From contig NC_042997.1 in assembly GCF_006345805.1 (NCBI RefSeq), positions 72,788,001-72,852,000 of the forward strand: DNA of 64,000 bases, given 5' to 3'. Positions 51,228-62,908 of this stretch are shown here, one piece after another. The DNA is from Octopus sinensis. Lineage: Eukaryota. The position numbers and the translations under genes were made by a program. Position 1 is the first letter of the stretch, and each line of letters starts with the position of its first letter. The notes below the pieces were generated by a model. That model saw nothing but the letters and a program-made list of their open reading frames with translations. It ran no database searches and was not told the DNA's origin.

Positions 51228-54200
51228 CATCATCGTTGTCGTCATTTAACATTCATTTTCCATGCTGACACGGGCTGCACCATGTTCCAATCTGATCTAA
51301 TGCCAACCACTCTGAGAGTATAGTGGGTGCTTTTTATGTGCCACCAGCATGAGGGCCAATCAGGTGGTACTGGCATCAACCACACTTGAATGGTGCTTTC
51401 TACATGTCACTAGCACAGGACCAGTCAGGTGGCACTGGCATTGACCATGCTTGAATGTTGCTTTTTATGTGCCACCAGCACAGGACCAGTCACGTGGAAC
51501 TGGCATTGATCATGCTCAAATGGTGCTTTTTATGTACCACGGGTACCGGTGCCAATCGGATGGTACTGTCATTGGCTATGACAATGATTTCACTCAAAAG
51601 GTCTTCGCAAGTGCAGTTTATTGCCCAATGATTGAAGGGTACTCTTAAATGGGCTGGTTATGCTGCACTGGCATAGGGCACAGTTACAGCCTTACTTGGC
51701 TTGCTGGGTCTTCTCAAGCACAGTATATCTCCAAAGGTCTTGGTAACTTGTCATCACCTCTGTTCGGAAGTCATGCTTCACACCTCATCCCAGGTCTTCC
51801 TGTGTCTTACCTCTTCCACAAGTTCCCTTCTACTGCTAGGGTGTGACACTTTTTCACACAGCTGTCCTCATCCATATGCAACACATGACCATACCAGTGC
51901 AGTCGTCTCTCTTGCACACCACATCTGATTCTTCTTATGTCCAACTTTTCTCTCAGGGTGCTTACCCTCTGTCATGTATGCACACTGACATTACACATCC
52001 AGCAGAGTGTACTAGCTTCATTCCTTACAAGTTTATGCATGTCCTCAGCAGTCACAGCCCATGTTTCATTGCCATATAGTATGGCTGTTCACACACATGC
52101 ATCACAAAGTCTACATTTTACTCTGAGTGAGAGGCCCTTTGTCACCAGCAGAGGTGGGAGCTCTCTGAACTTTGCCCAGGCTATTCTTATTCTAGCACTT
52201 ATACTCTAAGAGTATCCACCCCCACTACTGACTTGGTCACCTAGGTAACGGAAGCTATCAACTACTACTATTTTTCCCCCTGACATGTGCAGGAGCTGTT
52301 TTCTGTGCATCTTCAGTGTTTATTGCCTCTGAGCATTTGCCACACATAAAAACTATCTTCTCAGTTAGCTTCCTTTGATATTGCTGCACCTCATATGTAT
52401 GTATAGCTTACACCAGTTACATCTTATGGAGTTTTTAACTACACCTTTTCTACAGATTTAGCAGGGCCATCTGCCTGGAGGGATTTGTGATTTGTCTGCC
52501 TTCCTACTTATTAAGACTTTGGGTTTTGCTAGCCCTTCGATCTTAGACCTTGTTTCCACACCTGAAACTTCTGTAGTTCTGACAGTGACTCAGCAATTAG
52601 AGCAAGGTCATCAGCATAGAGAGGCTCCCAGGGACATCTTGTCTTGAATTCCTCTGTTATTGCCTGGAGGACTATAATGAATAAGAGGGGGCTGAGGACT
52701 GATCCTTGATGGACCCCTACCCCTACCCAGAATTCTTCACTGTACTCGTTGCCAACCCTCAACTTACTGACAGCCTCCTGGTACATGACTTGTACAGCTT
52801 TCACTAACCACTCATCTATCCCTAATTTCCGCATTGACCACCAGATAATGGATCAGGGGACCCAGTCAAAGACTTTCTCCATATCAACAAAAGCCAGGTA
52901 GAGAGGTTTATATTTAGCTAGGTATTACTCCTGCAGCTGTCTTACCAGGAATATAGCATCAGTGGCACTTCTCCCTGGCACAAACCCAAACTGCATCTCG
53001 TCTAAACTGACTTGGTCCCTAATTAGTTGGGCTTTGACTTTCATTACCTGATCCAACAACTTGATATCTCTGTAATTATTTGTATCTAATGCATCACCTT
53101 TACCTTTGTAGCAGTTGAGTATGGTGCTACTACATCAGTCATTGGGTATGACACCTGCATGTATCAACTGATTGACTATATGGAAGACTAGACTATAGTC
53201 AACACTGCCAGATATTTGAAGCATCTCTGTGGTGATTCCTGATGGGCCGGGGGCTTTCCCAGTCTTCATCCCCTTAATTGCTATATCTATCAAGGTACCG
53301 TCAATTCGGATAGCTGGTCCCTCTGTTGGGTCAACATTCGGCAGACTCTCTTTTTCCCATTCATTCTCTTCATTTAGCAACCTTACATACTGGCATCTCC
53401 AAGTCTCTCACTTTGCAGCCTCATTAACTGCAAGTGAGCCATCATCCATGTGGACACATTTCTCTTCAATAACATCATGATTCTCTTTCACACATTGTCT
53501 TGCAACACAAAACACTTCAAGTCTTTGGTCCTCACGACACAGAACATTGGCAAATTTTTTCTTATCTGCTTCCCCTCTGGCTAAGTAAATCTGTCTCCTA
53601 GCTTCCTTTCAGGCAATATGGTACAACTCCCTGCTACCACCGTTCTTCCAGTCTTCCCATGTCTGTTTCTTTTCCCTAACGGCCCTACATTGTTCCACCA
53701 CCATGTTACCTTGGGTCGAGAGGGGACTTTGCACCATCCATAGATCTGGTCAGTAGCCTTCAACAGGTTGTCCTGTAGGAACCTCCAGTTATCTTCCACA
53801 TCATATGATGCTATATACCCCTCTATTTCATCAAAAGTTCAAGTAATACGTCTCTAAATCTCTGTCCATTTGCAGGACCCTTAAGGCTTCCAGATCCTTC
53901 TTCTCCATGCTAGTTATCTTCTGGGCATCCATTTAGCCTTGAATTTCTGAAATCGCTAACTACTAATCTATGTTGTGGAGTACATTCTTCACCTGGGAAT
54001 GTTTTGGCATTTATAAGTAGCCATCTTTCCCATTTCCTGGTGAGGATGTAATCAATTTGACTAGTGTGTCCACCAGATTGGTAGGTGAATAGGTGACTGA
54101 AACCATAGGATTATTTGCATTGCAGAACTCCAGCAGCCTGGTTCCCTCCTCATTGCAGGAACCAAAAAGTCTCCATGTACGCCACGGAAACCCCTGCATG

Positions 54201-54575
54201 TTCTCCAACATGCCTATTGAAGTCGCCAGCCACAAAGAGAAAGTCCCTGTCATTCATTGACAAGGTAGTAGTCTGCAAGAGGGTGTCATAAAATTGGTCT
54301 TTCTGTTCATCAGGTAGCCCTGGCTGAGGGGCATAAGCCAAGATAATGATTGCTAACCCATGTTGTAGCATTAATCTTAACTTTTCTATCACAGACTCTA
54401 ACTACCTCGATTACCTTATCAGCCCATATCTCCACAAGAAGTATAGCTACGCCCCTGCTCAGAAAATCTTATACCTATGTTCTTTGCCTGTGAGGAACCT
54501 AGTAGAACTTCCACTCCACCTTACTTCTTGGATGTAGCACAAATCTACACATCTCCGATTAAACATTCTATTTCT
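51228..54575 (-). mobile_element. Long degenerate RTE-clade LINE (APE endonuclease, RT, C-terminus, 3' UTR with 65-bp repeats, (GAT)n tail)
   Basis: IQEVRW, YAPQ, GDFNRH.G, KAPGPSGITTEML, GVHQGSVLSPLLF and LYADDL motifs across ORF pieces 52529-54392. Confidence 0.9.
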
Positions 54576-54769
54576 TTTTTTCTAATAAAGCATAAACTTT
54601 TTTTAAAAACAACATTGTAATGATCAGATGTTTTTATCACTGTCTGGATTCTCAGTACAGTTCTTGTAGCAAAATGTGAACATTTGACCAATTAGTTTCA
54701 TGCCTTATCCACACACCTCTTGTATTTCAAGAGAATTTTGATTATCTATATTAATAACTATACTCTTTT

Positions 54770-55165
54770 ACTTGTTTCAGTCATTTGACTGTAGCCATGC
54801 TAGAGCACCACCTCTAATTGAGCAAATTGACCCTGGGACTTATTCTTTGTAAGCCCAGTACTTATTCTATTGGTTCTTTTGCCGAACTGCTAAGTGATGG
54901 AGACATAAACACACCAGCATCGGTTGTCAAGCAATGCTAGGGGGACAAACACAGACACACAAACATACACACACACACATATATATATATACATATATAC
55001 GATGGGTTTCTTTGAGTTTTTGCCTACCAAATCCACTCACAAGACTTTGGTCGGCCTGAGGCAATAGTAGAAGACACTTGCCCAAGGTGTCATGCAGTGG
55101 GACTGAACCCGGAACCATGTGGTTGGTAAGCAAGCTACTTACCACACAGCCACTCCTGCGCCTAT
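54770..55165 (-). mobile_element. Full-length tRNA-derived SINE with internal (TA)/(TG) microsatellite
   Basis: Head GGAGTGGCTGTGTGGTAAG...GGTTCAGTCCCAC, core ACCTTGGGCAAGTGTCTTCTAC, tail GACTGAAACAAGTAAAAGAG. Confidence 0.85.
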
Positions 55166-55643
55166 GAGTTAAATCAACCATGATAGTATCCAAATAGTAT
55201 CCAATTGCACAACTTATTAATACTGATTTAAATCAACATTTCACTCATAACTCAGCCACATTTCCAATGATAATGTTTCCTAACATACACAAAAAGTGAC
55301 AATCCCTGATGGCAGCATCATAGACAGTTATATCCAACCAGTACTTCACTGATCCTAACTGTATTGAACAAAGAGGGATGAAATAAGCTGACACTATTAA
55401 AATTGTAACTCAGAATGTAAAGGAATGAGACAGAATACCTCAAGCTATGACCATATAATCACTCCTTCTAATATGTTAATAACAATATTGGTAATGATAA
55501 TTATGAAAATGATTTCTTGGTTAGATAGAAAGCAAAATTATAGATAATAGGCTGTTGCATTCATATTTTTTTCTTTGTTATATGAAACAAGTGGTGATCA
55601 AGACCAAGTCACAAAATCAAATTTCATGAAAAGTTACTCTTCA

Positions 55644-55685
<42 letters not shown>

Positions 55686-56944
55686 TCACTCACACAATCA
55701 CACACACACATGTACATACACACACACATGTACATACACACACATACACACACACATGGAAACTGAAAATAAATCATATCACAAGGAAAAGCAAACACTC
55801 TAAACAGACAAAACCACAATATACCCCATTCCCCAAAGAAATAACAGCAGTCACATTCAGTTTGGTTCATGCCACAGTATCAAAGTTATCATCATCCACT
55901 GATGGCCCTGTTAAAGTTACATTCACTATTTGATGCACCCAATATAAAAGGACATGATATATGTTGATACATACACATATTCACATAATATAACATTTAG
56001 TTATATAACCTATTTCTTTACTACCACAAGGGGCTAAACACAGAGGGGACAAACAAGGACAGACTGACACAAATCTTGATGATACTTCGCTTATAATAAA
56101 TGCCAAAGACTAATGATTGATTAAAAATATAAAATAAATACATAAGTAAATTTAGAAATAAAAGAGAGAAATAGTTTTATCAAATACCAAATCTTCCATT
56201 AAAGATAAAGAACAATTCTTTCTAAGTTATTTCTCTTTAAGAGAGGAGCAAATTAGAGGGAAAACAACATTTTTCATCTAGATTTCAGCTGACCAACACT
56301 TTAACATTAGAAATAATTATGTTGTTGGTTTTTCTGAATAATTTAACCCAGGGACTTTTTCTGTAAGTATTAATAGTCTATTAAGTTGAGATAAGATTTC
56401 TAAAAAGTTACTATCTTCTAAAAATGAAATTATGATAGAATTCATTTTGAGATTGATAAGTAATTTTATCTATTTCAACGTATTGTGCATGTAATATTAT
56501 ATGCAGTTCACATTTCTTTTATAACTGGTATATCTATAATTTTAAAATGGCTAGTTTAACCCTTTTGGTACCAACCCACCTAAAACCATTCCTGGTTCTA
56601 TGAGACAAGCTGACTGTTTTAAAATGATCTAAAAACATCCTATCAAACACACATACTCAATGTGTGTGCTTTACTTGGTCACCAGTAGGCTGCAATTTAG
56701 TGTGGTGGAGAACAAGCAAAGCACATACATTGAGTCTGTATGTTTGATAATGTTTGCAACACTAGAACTGCTTCTAATTCATATTTGAATTGATCATATC
56801 AAAGTTTACTATGTTCCAAATACCAGCTTGATAATAAGTTGTTTCTTTTTTTACTAAATTCTTTATCATTTTAAAAATTAATTGTTGAAAGTTGCATATT
56901 TCAACAGAAATATGGTAATAAAAGGGTTTATCATGCTATTGTTT

Positions 56945-57200
56945 CATCATCATCGTCATCATCATCGCTTAACGTCCGCTTTCCATGCTGGCATGGGTTG
57001 GACGGTTTGATTGAGAACTGGTGAGCTAGAGGCTGCACCAGGCCCAATCTGATCAGGCAAAGTTTCTACAACAGGATGCCCTTCCTAATGCCAACCACTC
57101 CGAGAGTGTAGTGGGTGCTTTTTACGTGCCACCGGCATGAGGACCAGTCAGGTGGTTCTGGCAACAACCATGCTCAAAAGGTGTTTTTATGTGCTACCTG
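56945..57200 (-). mobile_element. RTE 3' UTR fragment with (GAT)n tail
   Basis: Homologous to 51228-51420; a similar piece lies at 57600-57830. Confidence 0.8.
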
Positions 57201-58149
57201 CACTTATTTGTAAAATTATTTTTATAACTATCAATCTGCAATATTTCTAGATTAAAAAAAAAAAATCATATTCAATAATTTTTATTTACATTTTACTTCT
57301 AAAAGAATACTAGACAAAACTGGTTTGATGAAACATTTGTCTGCATTTATATAAGCTTTATTCAACAGTTTTATATCTGCAACAAAGAAAATAAAAATTT
57401 TACATGCAGTACAATGTATAAAGCTGAGTCCTAAAATAATGTAAATAAAAATTGGATTACTTTCTGATTCACTGTCATAGTTCATCATTTATTGTCATCC
57501 ACATTATCTTTGTGAACAGGAAAATGGGTTGAAGCTAATCACCGACAAGTTCAATAATATTTGCATACAAAATAAAAATACAAGGGCAAATGTGACATTC
57601 ATCATCATCATCATTGTCATAATTTAATGTCCATTTCCATGCTGGCAATGACTGGATGATTTGATAGGAGCTGAACTAGCAGGCTGTGCTTATGGTTGTG
57701 CTTAGGCATGTTTTCTACAGTTAGATGTCCTCCCTAATGTCAATTACTTTACAGAATGTACCGGGTGCCTTTTATGTAGTACAGCACCAGCAAGGTAACC
57801 AGGTAACTTGCAAGACAAGTTACTTCAACTGAAGAACGGCTAGTATTGAAGGAGGTGGCTTTATACCAGGTGATGAGAATATAGAGTATGATAGAGGGAT
57901 AGAAATAGGTGTAGAGGAGATGGTGAAGAAGAATGTGTAGGGGCATACCCTCGAGTTACATTGAGGTGTACATAAGGAGTACAGAAGATTGAATAGGATG
58001 AGTCGGCAAGTAAGTTTACTGGAATGAAAGGAAACTGAGATGAAGGGGTGGGGAATGCAGTAAATGGTAAACATGGGTTGAGGGAGGAGGTATTAGGAAA
58101 GTGAGTTGTAGGGGAGAGTATTATCAGGAACAGATTGTGTGTAGGGGCA

Positions 58150-58660
58150 TAGATATAAACAATGTTCCTTTAGGGCCTCATATTTACTTAGATTGATGGG
58201 TTTTCTTAAGCACAGTAAATTGCCAATCATCCCAATCCGTTGTCACTTCCTATGATGCTCAACATCTGAAGGCCATTTTTCATCACTTTGTTTCATGTCT
58301 TCCTCTTCCACAAGTTCCAGCCGCATTTTGTGATGGGCCTTTCATTATGCAGCGGTTTTCATCCATACTCATCACATGACCACACCAGTGTAGTCCCCTC
58401 TCTTGTGCACTATATCAGATGCCTCTTTTGCCCAATATTTCTCTCAGCACATTTACACATTGTCATACATATACACTGACATTGCACACCCAGCAGAGCA
58501 TGCTGGCTTCATTATTTTCAAGCTTTCCCATGTCCTCTGCATTGATAGATCAGGTTTCACTACCATGTAGCATAGCTACATATAATCTGCCTTTCACTCT
58601 AAGGGAGAAGCTCTTTGTTATCAACAAAGATAATTTCACACCAAATTTCCCCAGCTGATT
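58150..58660 (-). mobile_element. RTE C-terminal fragment
   Basis: Homologous to 51700-52200. Confidence 0.7.
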
Positions 58661-58714
58661 CCTATTCTAGGGTTTTTTAACTTGAAGGGTTTTTTAACTG
58701 AAGAAATCAACTCC

Positions 58715-59030
58715 AGGACATTCTTTGTAAGCCTAGTACTTATTTTATTGGTCTCTTTGCCAAACTGTTAAGTTATGAAGAAGGTGAACACACCAACATC
58801 AGTTGTCAAGTGATGGTTGGGTGACAAATACAGACACAAAGGCACACACACATAAATATATATATATATATATACAATGAGCTTCTTTCAGTTTCCATCT
58901 ACCAAATCCACTCACAAGGCTTTGGTTGGCCTGAGGCTATAGTAGAAGACAATTGCCTAAGGTACCATGCAGTGGGACTGAACCCAAAACCATGAGGTTG
59001 AAGCAAGCAACTTCCAATACACCTGTGTCT
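58715..59030 (-). mobile_element. tRNA-derived SINE copy (54770 family), head interrupted by an RTE RT fragment (to about 59420)
   Basis: Shared body; the adjoining sequence reads EIDFLKCSGGPLEVVDSF, matching the RTE at 52250. Confidence 0.75.
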
Positions 59031-59534
59031 TAGGTCAAAAAAACTATCTACTACCTCTAAGGGTCCACCTGAGCATTTGAGGAAATCTATTTCCTGGATG
59101 TTCTTAGTGTTTATTGTTGCTGCATATCTACCACACACAGAGTCTACTTTCTCTGTTGACCTTCCTGTGCTTCCATTGCACCTCTTTTATGTCCACAGCT
59201 TGCATTGGGTAAACAGTATGGAATTTCTACCTATCAAGCAGGGACATTTCCTGAAAGGGATTAGTAATTTATCTGCTTTCCTGCTTACTCAGACTTAGGT
59301 TTTTGCTAAGTTAACTTTGTCCTTTAATTTCTCTATAGAATCAGCTGTAAGAACAAGGACATCAGAGGAGCTTCCATGCGTAATCAGTAACCCTCTCAGA
59401 CCTGAATCCTTATGTCTAACTTTACCCTCTACCTGGGCAAAAATGTAAATAGTTGTATACAGAGCTCAGAGTAATGATTGCAGGTAAGCTAATGGACAGA
59501 ATCACAAAAAAATTCAGGAGAATGACAATAATAG

Positions 59535-59705
59535 GTTTTGGTTTGCAAGATTCTTTATGTGAGTTTGTGTGTTGAAGTATATTTTGTTGTGTCTGGGGAG
59601 GGTCATTCTCTTTTTGTGCCTTATTATTCAACACACTCACTGGTTCAGTTTCCACTCATTTACTTCTTTATTTTTACAAAAATTTTCATTGCATCTTGCA
59701 TTGAT
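59535..59705. repeat. Single-arm homolog of the 13341-13672 foldback, CpG-decayed
   Basis: Aligns to the reverse complement of 13500-13665. Confidence 0.8.
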
Positions 59706-60088
59706 TCTGTCCGTTATCCAAGCTGCATTCTTTTTGTTTATTTGTGCACGTGTATGCATGTGTGTGTGCATGTATGTATGTGTGTATGTATGTATTCTGC
59801 ATATTCATGTGTTTGTGTGTCTTATGTGTGTTTGCATATGTGTGTGTGCATACCTCTGTCTCCTAGTGTGTGCATGTTTGAGTGTGTCTGTGTATGGATT
59901 TTTGTGACTATGTATGTGTGTCTGTTATGTTTGGATGTGTGTCTCCATATATGTCCTTGCGTGATGTGTGAATGTGAGTATATGGTCATGTATTTCAGTT
60001 TTCATTTGCATATGTATGTGTGCTTGTCTGTTCATATTACCTATCTATCTGTTTATATTCATATCCATTTACCTACATATATATGCAT

Positions 60089-60140
<52 letters not shown>

Positions 60141-60141
<1 letters not shown>

Positions 60142-60735
60142 CATGTATATATATATTATAATGGAATAATTACTATGAAACATTGTGTAGAATATATTGT
60201 ATAAAGGATTGTGGGCAAGGTCAAAACAATATGAAGTAAATCACAATGTTGCTGATGTGTGCACATTGGCAACATTTGTGTTTTTCTTGAAAATAGGGTC
60301 ATAACCCCGAAATATTGAATACAAGGTAAGTCTACATTAATTCACATATTTGTTTTCTTGTGATTCACCTTGCATTTACCACGCACTGTTTTGGCCTAAC
60401 CCATGATCCTTTATACATTATATATATATATATAATATATATATATATAATATATATATACATGTATATATATATTATAATGGAATAATTACTATGAAAC
60501 ATTGTGTAGAATATATTGTATAAAGGATTGTGGGCAAGGTCAAAACAATATGAAGTAAATCACAATGTTGCTGATGTGTGCACATTGGCAACATTTGTGT
60601 TTTTCTTGAAAATAGGGTCATAACCCCGAAATATTGAATACAAGGTAAGTCTACATTAATTCACATATTTGTTTTCTTGTGATTCACCTTGCATTTACCA
60701 CGCACTGTTTTGGCCTAACCCATGATCCTTTATAC

Positions 60736-60750
<15 letters not shown>
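60141..60750. repeat. Tandem direct duplication, period 319 bp, units separated by (TA)n
   Basis: The unique core 60160-60420 is repeated at 60479-60739 with no difference seen. Confidence 0.95.
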
Positions 60751-60781
<31 letters not shown>

Positions 60782-60829
60782 AGTACAGACACATACATAC
60801 ATCTACATAACAGCCCACTAACTATTCAA

Positions 60830-61515
60830 CATCATCCTCATCATCATCTTCATCATCGTTTAACATCCGTTTTCCATGCTAGCATGGGTTGGACGGTTTG
60901 ACCGGGGTCTGGGAAGCCAGGAGGCTGCACCAGGCTCCAGTATGATCTGGCAGTGTTTCTACAGCTAGATGCCCTTCCTAATGTGTAGTGGGTGCCTTTT
61001 ACATGCCACCGGCACAGGTGCCAGGCGAGGCTGGTAATGGCCACAATTGGTTGGTGCTTTTTACGTGCCACTGGCATGGAAGCCAGTCAAGGAGGCGCTG
61101 GCAATGGCCACGTACAGATGGTGCTTTTAACGTGCCGCTGGCACAGGTATCACTACTACAATTTCTATTTGATTTTTTGATGTTGATGTACTTAGCTCAA
61201 TAGGCCTCCTCAAGCACAGCAGGCCGTCCTGCGATCCAAGACACTTTGGAAGGACTGGGGAACAGCCATGAACTCACATTATTTGTCGGGTCTTCACAGT
61301 CACAGCATATCTCCAGAGGTCTCGGTCTTTCGTCATTGCTTCTGTGAGACCCGACATTCGAAGGTCATGTTTGACCACCTCATCCCATGTCTTCCTGGGT
61401 CTACCTCTCCCCCGGATTCCTTCAACTGTTTGGGAGTGGCACTTCTTCACACATCTCTCCTCATCCATCCGTAGTACATGACCATACCAGTGCAGATGTC
61501 TCTCTTTCATGCCAA
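60830..61515 (-). mobile_element. RTE 3' fragment (C-terminus plus 3' UTR)
   Basis: ORF 61274-61534 WYGHVLRMDEERCVKK...GRGRPRKTW; 65-bp repeats; (GAT)n tail. Confidence 0.88.
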
Positions 61516-62694
61516 GGTATAAAATATAATTCAAGGTATAAAATACTACAAATCACTAAACATACTTCAATATCCTAGAAATTCATTTGTCCATGATTTT
61601 CTTATCAAATACTCTTTGAAGAAATTGAGAGGAGAATTGTTTCCATCAATCTATCTAATAAAGCTATTAATTAATATACTATCTTAATTTATATCATCTT
61701 CATTTATCAAATGCTTAACCTTACCAAAAATGCTTTTACCAGTCACAGTGGCATCATCATCATCATCATCCTTATTACCATCATCATCATCACCATCATT
61801 ATCTTCATTGGTTTAATGGCCAAGTAAATAAGCACTATTGACTAATCCTGTTCACATCCTCAGATCTGTAAACAATTCTACACAATGGCTTCCTTCTTTT
61901 TGTCCAGGTTTGGCCTCAGCCATTGTAAAGCAAAGTTAGCTCCTTATGTCAGTTTATTTAAATACTATAAATATGATAGCTTATATGAGTCTATGAACTT
62001 GCAAAAGAGAGCCGTACATTTAATTTATGAAAATGTACCAATAGACTGAAATGTCTATATACTGTTTCATATCACTTCAAAAAAAAAAAAAAGAAAAGAA
62101 AATTAAAGAAAAGAAATGTAAAAGAACTATATGCTATTATTACTAATGAAGACTTTTGCAAAATTATCTTACAAATATCCTCAGCATATATACTCTTTGT
62201 ATAAATGATATTATATAAAATGATTTTTAAAAATACTTTAGAAATATAAACAGATACAAAACAAGATTAAAGTATCACTGATATCATGAGAAAAAAATGT
62301 ATTTTGCTATTTAGTTTTGAATTATTTTTGTGGCTTCTATTTTATCAAATTACATCACTTGAAAGAGAATAATTTCGATGGTTCTTCTTTCTATCACTCT
62401 TTGATTCTAAAGATATTTATCCTATTTCATCAAATATAAAATTTTTACTCTTTGATTCATGTACATTGAGCTAAGTCTGCTAAAGCTAGACATCAGTTCA
62501 TTATTTCACAAAGCACCACATCTGAATATATTGATTTTATCATTATTTTTCTTTATTTTCCAAATCTAAACAATTTGTGAAAAATTACCACTGTATATAT
62601 ATGTATATATATAATAATAAATATTAGGGAATAAATCCAAATTTACAGGGAAAAATTAGATTTAGGATTGAATCCAATTTTATAGTAAAATATT

Positions 62695-62868
62695 ATATTA
62701 TATTAAATTAGAGACAAAACCACTATTATGCAAATCAAACAAAGACTTAAGCCAATACATAAAATAATTTATATAATTAAATTTAATTATATAAATTATT
62801 TTATGTATTGGCTTAAGTCTTTCTTTGTTTGATTTGCATAATAGTGGTTTTGTCTCTAATTTAATATA

Positions 62869-62872
<4 letters not shown>
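62695..62872. repeat. Loop-less palindrome in (TA)n
   Basis: Centre between 62781 and 62782; arms of 87 and 91 bp differ by a 4-bp indel. Confidence 0.95.

Positions 62873-62904
<32 letters not shown>

Positions 62905-62908
<4 letters not shown>

Noticed and set aside
55865-55960. Minus-strand terminal exon HQIVNVTLTGPSVDDDNFDTVA*
   Set aside because: There is no AG acceptor between the upstream in-frame stop and the segment.
59430-59490. Small exon candidates on both strands (LPAIITL... / LTCNHYSEL... / LYTELRVMIA)
   Set aside because: Three mutually exclusive readings are equally plausible; not decidable without transcripts.
61566-61925. Minus-strand first or terminal exons (MAEAKPGQ..., GANFALQWL..., poly-Asp stretch)
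   Set aside because: Frames are blocked by stops or lack acceptors; the poly-Asp is a (CAT)n microsatellite.
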